In this document: in pieces, positions 26,894 through 36,481 of the stretch
Position numbering within the stretch: position 1 is the stretch's first letter
How the letters are laid out: each line of letters opens with the position of its first letter
NCBI GenBank assembly: GCA_031409275.1
Contig: JANNXA010000055.1
Coordinates: 64,001-128,000, forward strand
Reading direction: 5' to 3'
Length of the DNA stretch: 64,000 nucleotides
Source: Planctomycetota bacterium
Lineage (GTDB): Bacteria; Planctomycetota; B15-G4; SIAN01
Position numbers and translations under genes: made by a program
The notes under the pieces: generated by a model
Databases searched by the model: none
What the model saw: the letters and a program-made list of their open reading frames with translations, nothing else
Told to the model about the DNA's origin: nothing

Positions 26894-28576
26894 ATGGCCA
26901 TTCGTCGCGCCGGAATCGTCAGCGTGGTCGTGGTTCTCGTCGCCGGGGTCGCCAGCGCTCAGTCGACGATGCGGGTCAGCGTCTCGTCAGCGGGCACGGA
27001 CGCCAACGCCAGTTCGCGCCGGCCCGCCTTGTCGGGCGACGGTCACTTCGTCGCGTTCGAGAGCACGGCGTCGGACGTCGTTGCTGGCGACGCGAACGGC
27101 GCTTACGACGTTTTCCTGCGCAATCTTGGGGCGGGCACGACCGTGCGTGCCAGCATCGCCACCGACGGATCTGAAGCCAACGGAGACAGCTACGTGTACC
27201 GGCAGGGCATCTCCGCCGACGGGCGCCTTGTCGCGTTCGAGAGCGTCGCGTCCGACCTCGTCCCCGGCGACGCGAATGGCGTCTCGGATATCTTCGTCCA
27301 CGACACCGTGACCGGCCAGACCGAGCGCGTCAGCGTTTCTTCAGGCGGAGTCGAGGGGAACGGCGTCAGCGCGCTTGCGTCGATCTCGGCCGACGGTCGT
27401 TTCGTCGTTTTTACGAGCGCGGCGAACAACCTCGTCGCCAATGACACCAGCGTCTTCAACGATGTCTACGTCCACGATCGCACGACCGGGGTCACGACTC
27501 GAGTGAGCGTCGACTCATCTGGAGTCGAGGGAAACGCTTGGAGCGTAATCCCTTCGATCTCTGGCGACGGTCGCTACGTCGCCTTCTACGGTGATGCGTC
27601 GAACCTCGTTCCCAACGACAGCAATCAAACCTTCGACGCCTTCATCCATGACTGCTCGACCGGATCGACGATTCGGATCAGCGTCGACTCGAACGGAAAT
27701 GAGGCCAACTCGTACAGCCATAGCCCGGCGATCTCGACCGATGGCGCGTTCGTCGCGTTTTGCAGCGTGGCGACGAATCTCGTCGCTGGCGACAGCAATG
27801 GGGTTCAGGACAGCTTCCTGCGTGATCTCGTCCTCGGTACGACCACGATCGTCTCGCGCGGGTTCGATGGCAGCCCGGCAGACGGCGCGAGCTACCCGCC
27901 CGGGATCTCGGACGATGGCCGTTACGTCAGCTTCACGAGCAGCGCGACCAACCTCGTGCCGGGCGACACAAACGGTGTCGACGACACCTTCGTCTTTGAC
28001 CGCGTCGCCGGCACGACGACGTGCGTGAGCGTGCACTCCGACGGCACCGAGGCCAACGACAACAGCATCGCCTATTCGTCGAGCATCTCGGGCGACGGTC
28101 AACTCGTAGCGTTCGCGAGCTTGGCGACGAACCTCGTCGACGACGATGCCGACGGCTTTGAGGATGTCTTCGTCCACGATTCGTCTTGTGGCGTGGACGC
28201 CTCCTGGTCCAACTACGGCAGTGGCTTCCCCGGCAAGAACGGCGTCCCGAGCCTGACCGCGCAGAACGACCCCGTCCTCGGGACAACGCTCTACGTTGAC
28301 CTGGGATCGTCGGCGACGGCTTGGACCATCGCCGCAATCCTCGTCGGCGATCACGAGGCTTCGATCCCGATGCGGAAGGGTGGCGACCTGCTCGTGGTCC
28401 CGCTGATCGTGAGCATCATCGCGTTGCCCTCGTGGGGGACGACGCTCGACGAGGACATCGACGACGACCCACTCCTCTGCGGGCTGGAGTTCTTCGCGCA
28501 GACCTTGATCGTCGATCCCGGCGCGGCGAAGGGGCAGTCGGCGAGCGCGGGGTTGAAGCTGGTGCTGGGGTACTGA
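26894..28576 (+). CDS. Secreted TolB/PD40-like seven-repeat beta-propeller protein with a C-terminal beta domain
   Basis: Signal peptide ending ASA; seven (I/L)SxDGxxVxFxS...LVxxDxNxxxD repeats; C-terminal YGSGFPG...PVLG...FAQ...SAGLKLVLG. Confidence 0.88.
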   Translation: MAIRRAGIVSVVVVLVAGVASAQSTMRVSVSSAGTDANASSRRPALSGDGHFVAFESTASDVVAGDANGAYDVFLRNLGAGTTVRASIATDGSEANGDSYVYRQGISADGRLVAFESVASDLVPGDANGVSDIFVHDTVTGQTERVSVSSGGVEGNGVSALASISADGRFVVFTSAANNLVANDTSVFNDVYVHDRTTGVTTRVSVDSSGVEGNAWSVIPSISGDGRYVAFYGDASNLVPNDSNQTFDAFIHDCSTGSTIRISVDSNGNEANSYSHSPAISTDGAFVAFCSVATNLVAGDSNGVQDSFLRDLVLGTTTIVSRGFDGSPADGASYPPGISDDGRYVSFTSSATNLVPGDTNGVDDTFVFDRVAGTTTCVSVHSDGTEANDNSIAYSSSISGDGQLVAFASLATNLVDDDADGFEDVFVHDSSCGVDASWSNYGSGFPGKNGVPSLTAQNDPVLGTTLYVDLGSSATAWTIAAILVGDHEASIPMRKGGDLLVVPLIVSIIALPSWGTTLDEDIDDDPLLCGLEFFAQTLIVDPGAAKGQSASAGLKLVLGY

Positions 28577-28803
28577 CGGAACCGATTGGAGGTGCCCGGT
28601 CGCCGGTCGAGTGATCAGCGGCCGGCGCGTGTCCGATTCACCGCCGTTCTCCCGCCCAGCAGCGCCCGCGCGGCCGCCAGTACGGCCCCGTCACCTCGTT
28701 GCGCCCGATGAATGCCGCGTGAGCGTCCATCTCTGCCGCACGACCGCATCGCAGGTAGAAGACTCCGCCAGCCGCGACCCACCTCCCTCAAGAGGACCGC
28801 ATC

Positions 28804-29175
28804 GTGCCCGACGCCCCCGCCCCCAACGAGCGTTCCGAGGTCGTCGACCAGCACGTGCCCGAGCTGGTTGCACGCGCCATCGCGACCGCGCGCGAGCGTC
28901 CAGACCTGCGCGTGGTGGCACTGGTCGCCGAAGCCGATGCCCCCGAAGCGCCGTCGCTCCGAGCGCTTCCGTCTGAGGTCCTACGCGGCGCTGACGGGAG
29001 CGTCGCGCTGATCATGACCCGCGACTCGGCGAAGGACCTGCTCGTCGCGGCGAACCCGTGGCTGCTGGAGTTCTTGGAGGACGAGGGATACGGACCGCGC
29101 CGAGGACTACCGCTCATCCACGCGGCGCGACGAGGGATGCGGACGTCGGTGATTGAATACGACATGCCGGACTGA
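28804..29175 (+). CDS. Hypothetical protein
   Basis: GTG after GAGGA; GC3-rich codons. Confidence 0.55.
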   Translation: MPDAPAPNERSEVVDQHVPELVARAIATARERPDLRVVALVAEADAPEAPSLRALPSEVLRGADGSVALIMTRDSAKDLLVAANPWLLEFLEDEGYGPRRGLPLIHAARRGMRTSVIEYDMPD

Positions 29176-29211
29176 CGACGGCGAACGCTCGGCTCCAATT
29201 AGGATTTCGGT

Positions 29212-29580
29212 ATGACCCCATCCAACGCGCGGTCGTTCCTCCTTGCAATGCTCGTGGCCCGACGAGCAAAGGGCGTGGATCTCTCCCACTGGGAGTTCTC
29301 CCTCCTGGATGAAGCTCGCCTCTTCGATTTCATCCACCCGAGCGTCAACACGCGCGGTGGGTCGTTCACGTTGTTCAACCTGCCGGTCAAGTGGGACGCG
29401 GCCCGCAGCGCGCTGGCAGGCGATGAGGGAGTGCGGTTCCCCTTCGAACTGGCGCCTTGTTTCGAGATCCCCGAGGGCGCAAACGCCGAGCTTCGTGTTC
29501 GATTTCTGCGCACCGGCGCGAGTCCGGAGGCGGCGGCCAAGGCAGCAGAGATCTCGGTGAGAGGTGAGCAGGTGAGGTAG
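29212..29580 (+). CDS. Hypothetical protein
   Basis: 122-aa ORF with AGGA upstream. Confidence 0.45.
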   Translation: MTPSNARSFLLAMLVARRAKGVDLSHWEFSLLDEARLFDFIHPSVNTRGGSFTLFNLPVKWDAARSALAGDEGVRFPFELAPCFEIPEGANAELRVRFLRTGASPEAAAKAAEISVRGEQVR

Positions 29581-29701
29581 ATAAACGGAGAGCCACACGG
29601 CAGCGACAACGTCGTATGAGTGAATCGACGTTCGACACGCCGACGTGCCGCTTGATCAACCTCTCATGCGAGCGTGGGCAGCGTGGAGGCACCTGCCAGG
29701 A

Positions 29702-30136
29702 TCATTGGTCGACATGCTTCGCCTTCGTCGCCACCTTCCCGCCGAGCAGCGCCCACGCCGCCACCAGCGCCGACTTGACGGCGTCCCGCCGCTCGACGCC
29801 CGTCCGCAGTAGCTCCTGCACGACGTGCTGAGCGTGCGCCCGGACGCGCTTCGAGGGCCGCCCGAGCCCGTGGACCGCGCACGCCGCGATTCCCTGCTCG
29901 ACGCCGACGTTGAAGTACGCCGCTTCCCGCTTGGCTCGCAGCTCGTCGGCGGCGCTCTCGAAGTCGAACCAGAGCTTCCTCTTCCTCGGCCCGAGCGCCT
30001 TCACGATCGCGTGCGACTTGGTCGCGACGATCCGCTGCAGGTCCCGCCGCCCGACCCGCTGGCGCACGGTCTGGTCGACCGGGTGCTCGTAGCTCGGGTC
30101 CTTCTCGAGCGCGCGGTAGGTGACGCGGGGCTTCAT
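29702..30136 (-). CDS. Hypothetical protein
   Basis: ATG 30136 after GGGAG; GC3-rich codons; partial paralogue at 26201-26459. Confidence 0.65.
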   Translation of the reverse strand: MKPRVTYRALEKDPSYEHPVDQTVRQRVGRRDLQRIVATKSHAIVKALGPRKRKLWFDFESAADELRAKREAAYFNVGVEQGIAACAVHGLGRPSKRVRAHAQHVVQELLRTGVERRDAVKSALVAAWALLGGKVATKAKHVDQ

Positions 30137-30795
30137 CGTGAGGCTCCCGTCGGCGGCGCGGCGAACGCGGCCCCGGCGAGGAACGCCTCGACGAAGAGGT
30201 CGACCGCCTCGACGCCGATGAACGTCGACTCCGGCGACACTCGGTCGTGGGCGCGCTCCTCCGCCTCGGCCTCGGCCCACAGCCCGGCCTCGGCGGTGGC
30301 TTCCTCTGATCCGGCGCTCATCGTCGTCCTCCCCGCGCGCCCATTCGCGCGTGGACGACATGCACGCTTCGGCGGAGGGGCATTGCAAGCGCCACGACCC
30401 GGCGACGACCGGGTCCGCTCTCCATCCTGTCAACCAGCGTGCAGGAGAATCGAGTCGAACAAGATCGAAGAAAGCCGATGCGGATGAGGGGGCGCTGTCA
30501 ACCACCTCGCCGAAGTTCGCATTTGCGTATCGATCGATCGGCTTCCGGCTCTCCGTTTTCTGTCAACCACGGTCCCGCTCTCCCCTTCGAACGGAGAGTT
30601 CGAGAGCAAGTCGGCGATCCGATTCGCATCACGAGATTGGGGGTGCGTTCGATCCGACGCGAATGGAGAGCACCGCGTCCGTTTCCGGACGCCGCATCCC
30701 GGGGACACGTCGCGACTTGCGACGCCTCGCGAGCACTCGACGAGCGCCTCGCGTCAACCGCTTCGGCGGGGAGCGGGCCGGCCGGAGCGCGCCAT

Positions 30796-30870
30796 TGGCT
30801 CCCCGAGTAGGATTCGAACCTACAACCCTCCGGTTAACAGCCGGATGCTCTACCGTTGAGCTATCAGGGA
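30796..30870 (-). tRNA. tRNA-Asn (GTT)
   Basis: TCCCTGATAGCTCAACGGTAGAGCATCCGGCTGTTAACCGGAGGGTTGTAGGTTCGAATCCTACTCGGGGAGCCA; CCA encoded. Confidence 0.97.
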
Positions 30871-31098
30871 GCAGCGAGAGCGTGCCCTGCGGATCGGTCC
30901 GACCGACGGGGGCATCCCCGCGAGCGAGCCTCTCCGCTGAACGAGCGGGGCATGCTAGGCCCTCTCGGCTCGAAATCAACGCCAGCTTGAGCGCGCCCGT
31001 GGCCGCGCGACGGCCGCAGGTCGGCGGCGCTCCTCGACCTCGCGTCTCGGCCGTTGACGGCCGAGGGCCGGCGAGTGGCGACGACGCCGCCGGCCCCG

Positions 31099-32034
31099 TT
31101 ACGACGCGATCGGTGGCGCCTCGGCGATCCCGGGTCGCGATTCGAGTCCGGCCACGTTGCCATGGCCGTTGACGCCGGCGCTGCCGGTGAGGCGCGGCAC
31201 GCTCGCCGGATCCACGGGACCGAGAAGACCGGTGAAGATTCGATCCAGGGTCTCGACGAGCTCGGCGCGCGGGACGATGCGGTCGAGCTGCCCGTGCTGG
31301 AGCAGGAACTCGGAACGCTGGAAGTCCTTCGGGAGCTTCTGCTTGATCGTTTGCTCGATGACGCGCGGGCCGGCGAATCCGATCAGCGCGCGCGGCTCGG
31401 CTAGGACGAGATCGGCCACCGTCGCGAAGCTCGCCGTGACGCCTCCGGTGGTCGGGTCGGCGAGCAGCGCCAGGTAGAGCCCCCCCGCCTCCGTCAGGCG
31501 CGCCAGCGCGGCGCACGCCTTCGCCATCTGCATCAGCGACAGCGCTCCCTCGTGCATGCGCGCGCCGCCCGAGGCGCACACCAGCAGCAACGGGATCTTC
31601 TTCTCGAGGGCGAGCTCCGCCGCCAGCAGGACCTTGTGGCCGACGACCACGCCCATCGAGCCGCCGAGGAAGTCGAACTCCATCGCGCCGAAGGCCACCT
31701 CGCGACCGCGCAGCCGTCCGGTGCCGATCACCATCGCGTCCTTGCGCCCGGTCTTCTTCTGCTCGTCGGCAAGCTTCTTCGGGTAGGCGACGCCCTTTGC
31801 CGAGAACCCGAGCGCGTCGATGGCCTCGAGGTCCGCGGCGAACTCGACGAAGCTCTCCGCATCGAGGATCGACGCGACGCGCTCCGCGGCACTCATCCGG
31901 AAGTGATGGCCGCACTTCTTGCAGACCTTGAACGCCTCGTCTAGCTCCTTCTGGAAGAGCATCTCTTCGCAGACGTCGCACTTCGTCCAGAGCCCTTCCG
32001 GCATCTCCTTCTTGCGGAAACGCATCCAGGCCAT
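31099..32034 (-). CDS. accD: Acetyl-CoA carboxylase carboxyltransferase beta subunit
   Basis: GLWTKCDVC...CKKCGHH, GGSMG, SGGARMHEG and DPTTGGVTASFA. Confidence 0.96.
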   Translation of the reverse strand: MAWMRFRKKEMPEGLWTKCDVCEEMLFQKELDEAFKVCKKCGHHFRMSAAERVASILDAESFVEFAADLEAIDALGFSAKGVAYPKKLADEQKKTGRKDAMVIGTGRLRGREVAFGAMEFDFLGGSMGVVVGHKVLLAAELALEKKIPLLLVCASGGARMHEGALSLMQMAKACAALARLTEAGGLYLALLADPTTGGVTASFATVADLVLAEPRALIGFAGPRVIEQTIKQKLPKDFQRSEFLLQHGQLDRIVPRAELVETLDRIFTGLLGPVDPASVPRLTGSAGVNGHGNVAGLESRPGIAEAPPIAS

Positions 32035-32070
32035 GTGGTTCCTCTCCCTGCGGCTTGGCCGCGTTGCGCT

Positions 32071-32751
32071 CTAGCGTCCACCGGCCGCGGCCGGTGCCGC
32101 CGCCGACTGCGCCGCGCGCCGCAATTCGCCGATGCGACCCGCGAGGTCCGGCGCGCCGAAGATGGCGCTACCGGCCACGAAAACGTTGGCGCCAGCCTGC
32201 GCTGCCGCCGCGATCGTCGACGGCCCGATGCCGCCGTCGATCTCCAGATCGCCGGTGAAGCCGGCCGCCCGCAACGCCGCAAGCTTCGGCAGCACTTCCG
32301 GCATGAACTTCTGCCCGCCGAAACCTGGGTAGACGCTCATCACCAGCACCATCGCGACGGCATCGAGGCACGGCTTCACCCGCTCGACGGGCGTGTTGGG
32401 GTTGATCGCCAGCGCCGGCTTGCCGCCCGCCGCCCGGATCACGTCGATCACGGCGCGCGGCTCGGCGCACGCTTCGACGTGGAACGTCAGCACGTCGGCC
32501 CCCGCCTCGACGTAGCGGCGCGCGTAGTCGAGCGGATTGCTGATCATGATGTGGACGTCGAGCGGCCGTCGGGCGACCTTCTTCAGCGCCTCCACCACCG
32601 GTAGGCCGATGGTCAAGTTCGGCACGAAGTGGCCGTCCATCACATCGACGTGGAGCCAGTCGGCGCCGGCGTCTTCAACACGCCGCACCTCTTCCGCGAG
32701 GCGGACGAAATCGGCCGAGAGCAGCGAGGGGGCGATGCGGACGGGTGGCAT
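32071..32751 (-). CDS. rpe: Ribulose-phosphate 3-epimerase
   Basis: IAPSLLSADF, HVDVMDGHFVPN, MSVYPGFGGQKF and IDGG. Confidence 0.97.
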   Translation of the reverse strand: MPPVRIAPSLLSADFVRLAEEVRRVEDAGADWLHVDVMDGHFVPNLTIGLPVVEALKKVARRPLDVHIMISNPLDYARRYVEAGADVLTFHVEACAEPRAVIDVIRAAGGKPALAINPNTPVERVKPCLDAVAMVLVMSVYPGFGGQKFMPEVLPKLAALRAAGFTGDLEIDGGIGPSTIAAAAQAGANVFVAGSAIFGAPDLAGRIGELRRAAQSAAAPAAAGGR

Positions 32752-32754
32752 GGG

Positions 32755-33828
32755 TCAGGAGTATAGGCCCGGCACGGCGCGCGCCCGCGCCTCGAGGTCG
32801 GCCTTCGACAAGAGGCCTGGGAGGCGCTCTGCCAGCCGCTCGCGCGCGAGGGCGAGCGCGTCGTGCTCGCCGGTCGCAGCGGCCAGCGTCCCGAGCTCGA
32901 GCGCGAACTCCGCTTCCAGCCGCTCGGTCCCAAGGCCGCTCACGGCAGCGAGCGCCGCCGACCAGGCCGCGAGCTCCCGGCGCGCGTCGCCGCCGGCGCG
33001 CGCGATGGCCGCCTCCGCGCTGGCCAGCTCCCAACACAACATCGGGTCGCGCACCGGCCCAAGCTCGGCGCGCACGCCCTCCAGACGCTTCGATGCGCTC
33101 GCGCTCGCGCCGCACCACGCTTCGTGGCGCGCCAGTTCCACCTCGAGGTAGTGGCGCCAGCTGTCGCCCGCCGAATCGAGCTCCGAACGATCGGCCAGCA
33201 ACCCTTCCAGCAGCGCCACCGCATCTTCCGGCGCGCCTTCCAGCCCGCGCTCGCGAGCGTGCCAGTAGCAGGACGAGAAGCGCAGCGCGCGCGGCAGCGC
33301 TTCCGCGAGGCGCCGCGTCTCCTTCATCAACGCGACGTCGCGGCACCACCAGCCGGTGCGCCACAGCACATCGAGCAGTTCCGTGCACGGTCCGAGGTCC
33401 TCCCGCAGCCGCGGCCACAACGCGCGACCGCCCGCGACCAGCGCGGTGCGATACCCGGGCGCGTCGATCTTGTGGCAGGCTCGCAGCAGCTCGAGTTCGA
33501 CCAGCGCCGCGAGCGTGCTGCCGCGCTGCGATCCCGCTTGCAGCTCCGCCAGCAACTCGATGACGATTGGCAGCGCCTCCTGCGGTCGATCGAGCGGAAA
33601 GGCCAGCGTGCGGCCGATGAAGTAGCGCAGGACCGCCGCCAACCAGCTCGCGCCACGCTCCTGCGCCTGGCGAGCGACTCGCCGGCACCCTTCGAGGTAG
33701 CTCTCGAGACGCGCGAAGTCGCCGCCATGGTCGAGTTCGAGGAACGCCTCGACCAGCTCGCGCTCGCCCAGCAGGTGCAACCGCGGCAGTTCACGCTCGA
33801 GCTGCTCGCGCAACGTCGCGCTCGTCAC
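32755..33828 (-). CDS. Alpha-helical (TPR-like) hypothetical protein downstream of the HSP90-family gene
   Basis: Ala/Leu/Glu-rich helical repeats; co-oriented, 10 bp after the HSP90-like gene. Confidence 0.6.
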   Translation of the reverse strand: MTSATLREQLERELPRLHLLGERELVEAFLELDHGGDFARLESYLEGCRRVARQAQERGASWLAAVLRYFIGRTLAFPLDRPQEALPIVIELLAELQAGSQRGSTLAALVELELLRACHKIDAPGYRTALVAGGRALWPRLREDLGPCTELLDVLWRTGWWCRDVALMKETRRLAEALPRALRFSSCYWHARERGLEGAPEDAVALLEGLLADRSELDSAGDSWRHYLEVELARHEAWCGASASASKRLEGVRAELGPVRDPMLCWELASAEAAIARAGGDARRELAAWSAALAAVSGLGTERLEAEFALELGTLAAATGEHDALALARERLAERLPGLLSKADLEARARAVPGLYS

Positions 33829-33838
33829 GGCGCGCGAC

Positions 33839-35695
33839 TCATCGCTGCAGCAGCGCGGTCAAGGACGCCATCGCGCTGGTGAACGCGGCGCGCGATTCGT
33901 CGGGGTTCATGCGCTTGCCGGCGAAGAAGCGCGCGGTCTGCAAGATGACGTCGAGCGCCGGAGCGAATGCCGGGTCGTCGCTTCCGCGTCGCTCGAGCTC
34001 GCGCAGCAGCACGCTGCCCGCGTTCAGATGGAGCACCGGCGCCGCTTCGCCACGCCCCGGCGTCCGACGCGCGAGGAAGTCGCGCATCAAGTCGGCGATC
34101 GCACCGCCGACGTGGTCGTGATCGAGCGCGTCCTGCACCCGCTTCACTCGATCGTGCGCCGGCGGGTAGATCCACAGCGCCGGGAGGTCGGTCGGCTCGA
34201 AGGTGACCGTTCGCACCCGGAAGCCGAGTTGCTCGCACCGGGCGCGCAGTTGCGGCAGCGCCCCTTCGGCGAGCGTGAAGAGGTTGCCCGCGCCCGGCCG
34301 CAACTGATCGAGACGCACGTCGGCGCGCTCGCTCGCGTAGCGCTTGAGGAACGACTCCTCGGCGAAACGCGACGCGTCGATCACCACCAGTCCCTGCGCC
34401 TCGAAGAGGAGGCGCTCCTGATTGAGCCCCGACTCGTCGCTGAAGTAGTGGATCGTGTCGCCGGCGGCGGTACGGATCTCCGGCAACGTCAACCGTCCGC
34501 GCGAGGTGTCGAACTGCACGAGGTCGGCCACGGCCCGAAACAGCGGCGGCGATTGCAGCGCCCAGCCCTTGATGAGGTCGTTGTGGGCGAAGACGATCTC
34601 GCGCCACGCGGACGGCTCTTCGCGCGCGAGGCGCTCGAAGAATGCGGTCAGCTGCAGCTCGAGCCCCGCCCGCGCCTGGCGGAAGAGATCGTCCTGCCGC
34701 AGCGCTTCGCGACTCACGGTGGGACGCAGACGTGGCGATTCGACGACGCCGCGCACGAACCTCGCCCACGGCGGCAACAGGTCGCGCTCGCGCTCGCAGA
34801 TGAACATGCGCCGCACGTAGACGGCGACGTCGCCCCACTCCTGCAGCGAGGTGACCGATCCTGGCGGCACGAAGAGCACCCCCGCCAGCGGCAGCGTGAA
34901 GCGGTCGTCGCCGACCGCGATCACGACGTCCTCGAGTGGCAGCAGCGCGAGCGGCTCGACGTCGAATCGCTCGCGCACGAAGTCGAGGTAGGCCGGCGCC
35001 CCCGCGCCGACGTGCCATGGCGCCTCGCCGGCGTTCACGGCCTCCGGGTCGGGTTCGGCGTTCTCCTCGGCGACGTGAATCGGCGTGGCGAGGAAGCCGG
35101 CATAGAGACGAATCGCGCGCGTGAGCGTCTCGACGTCGAGCAGCGCCTGCGCGCTCGCCTTCAGTTCCATGCGCAGCGTGGTGCCGACCTCGCGGGCCGC
35201 GGGCGCGGGCTCGAGCTCATAGCTCTGACCGCCGCTCGAAGTGAAGCGCAGGGTCGGCGCGCCGGGACGATACGAGCGAGTCGTCAAGACGACCCGTTTG
35301 GCGAGCAAGAACGCCGAAAGGAAACCGAGCCCGAACTGGCCGACGAGCTGCTCGGCTGCGGCGACCTCCGCCGACTCCCCGACTTCGAGGCGCGCGCGCA
35401 GCTCGCCGGTGTAGGAGCGGCCGATCGTCGCGAGGAACTCGCCGATCTCCGACTCGGTGAGGCCGCTGCCATCGTCCTCGAGTTCGAGCCAGCGACCGCG
35501 CCGCGAGAAGCGAACGACGACCCGCGGCGCGTAGCCTGGGGCGCGCTCCTCGGCGCGGCGGCGTTCGCACGAGTCGTGCGCGTTCTGCAGGGCTTCGCGC
35601 AACGCGACGGTCGGATCGGAGTAGAGATGCTCACCGAGGATCGTGAGGAGACCGGGAAGGTGGAGCCCCATCGGCAGCGTGCGCGGCGTCGCCAT
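33839..35695 (-). CDS. HSP90/HtpG-family ATPase (divergent type)
   Basis: LYSDPTVALREALQNAHD, EDDGSG, IGRS, GQFGLGFLSAF, VGTT and LLPPWARFVRGVVES..LRPTVSRE. Confidence 0.9.
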   Translation of the reverse strand: MATPRTLPMGLHLPGLLTILGEHLYSDPTVALREALQNAHDSCERRRAEERAPGYAPRVVVRFSRRGRWLELEDDGSGLTESEIGEFLATIGRSYTGELRARLEVGESAEVAAAEQLVGQFGLGFLSAFLLAKRVVLTTRSYRPGAPTLRFTSSGGQSYELEPAPAAREVGTTLRMELKASAQALLDVETLTRAIRLYAGFLATPIHVAEENAEPDPEAVNAGEAPWHVGAGAPAYLDFVRERFDVEPLALLPLEDVVIAVGDDRFTLPLAGVLFVPPGSVTSLQEWGDVAVYVRRMFICERERDLLPPWARFVRGVVESPRLRPTVSREALRQDDLFRQARAGLELQLTAFFERLAREEPSAWREIVFAHNDLIKGWALQSPPLFRAVADLVQFDTSRGRLTLPEIRTAAGDTIHYFSDESGLNQERLLFEAQGLVVIDASRFAEESFLKRYASERADVRLDQLRPGAGNLFTLAEGALPQLRARCEQLGFRVRTVTFEPTDLPALWIYPPAHDRVKRVQDALDHDHVGGAIADLMRDFLARRTPGRGEAAPVLHLNAGSVLLRELERRGSDDPAFAPALDVILQTARFFAGKRMNPDESRAAFTSAMASLTALLQR

Positions 35696-35731
35696 AGCGA
35701 GGGCGGACTCTATCCGCCGCCGCTCGCGCCG

Positions 35732-36481
35732 CTGCCACCGACGTTCTACGCACGCCCCGTGCTGACCGTCGCGCGCGCGCTGATCGGCAAGCTGCTGGTG
35801 CGGCGGATCGAAGCGGCGCCGGACGCGCCGCCGCGCTTCCTCGTGGCTCGGCTCGTCGAGGTCGAGGCGTATGGCGGCAAGCTCGACCGCGCGAGCCATA
35901 GCTTCCGCGGCCCGACGCCGCGTTGCGCCGCGATGTTCGGGCCGAGCGGGCGCCTCTACGTCTACTTCACCTACGGCGCCCACTTCTGCGTCAACGTCGT
36001 CGCCGGCTCGCGCCGCGAGGCCGCCGCGGTGCTGCTGCGCGCGGCCGAACCGTGGCGCACCGATGACGAAGACCTTGCCTGGTTGCGCGCGGGCCGGATG
36101 GCGCGCGCCCGCCCCGGCGCGACGGCGCAGCGGCTCGCGGCCGGCACGCTCGATCACGTGCTGCTGCGCGGTCCGGGCAATCTCGCGGCCGGGCTGCGCC
36201 TCGATCGGCAGCACGACGGGATGCAATTGACGAGGGGTGACGGGCCGCTGTGGATCGCCGCAGGCAACGCGGTCCGCCGCGTCGCCTGGACGCCGCGCAT
36301 CGGACTCGGCGACTACCCGGCCGCCCGCTGGAACTGGCGCGTGATCGACGGCGACAGCGACGCGACCACGCCGACCCCGTCGAACTGGCCTAGCCACCGC
36401 TCGCCACGTCCGACGCTGGCCCGCGTTCGCGCCGCCGCCACGCGAGCGCAGGCCGCGATCAATCGAGCAGCAGCGCCTTGA
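35732..36481 (+). CDS. DNA-3-methyladenine glycosylase (MPG/AAG family); start codon uncertain
   Basis: LPPTFYARPVLTVARALIG, VEVEAY, DRASHS, YVYFTYGAHFCVNVV, AVLLRAAEP, GPGNL and TPRIG. Confidence 0.9.
   Translation: MPPTFYARPVLTVARALIGKLLVRRIEAAPDAPPRFLVARLVEVEAYGGKLDRASHSFRGPTPRCAAMFGPSGRLYVYFTYGAHFCVNVVAGSRREAAAVLLRAAEPWRTDDEDLAWLRAGRMARARPGATAQRLAAGTLDHVLLRGPGNLAAGLRLDRQHDGMQLTRGDGPLWIAAGNAVRRVAWTPRIGLGDYPAARWNWRVIDGDSDATTPTPSNWPSHRSPRPTLARVRAAATRAQAAINRAAAP

Larger units (their letters stand above)
1..30795. mobile_element. Genomic island / integrated element(s) abutting the 3' end of tRNA-Asn; left boundary outside the window
   Basis: Recombinase, primase, terminase, defence genes and integron cassettes lie left of the tRNA; essentially core genes lie to its right. 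Confidence 0.75.

Noticed and set aside
27000..28180. Periodic DNA repeats that could suggest a CRISPR array or a DGR
   Set aside because: They are degenerate in-frame protein repeats of the beta-propeller; no cas or reverse transcriptase gene was seen.
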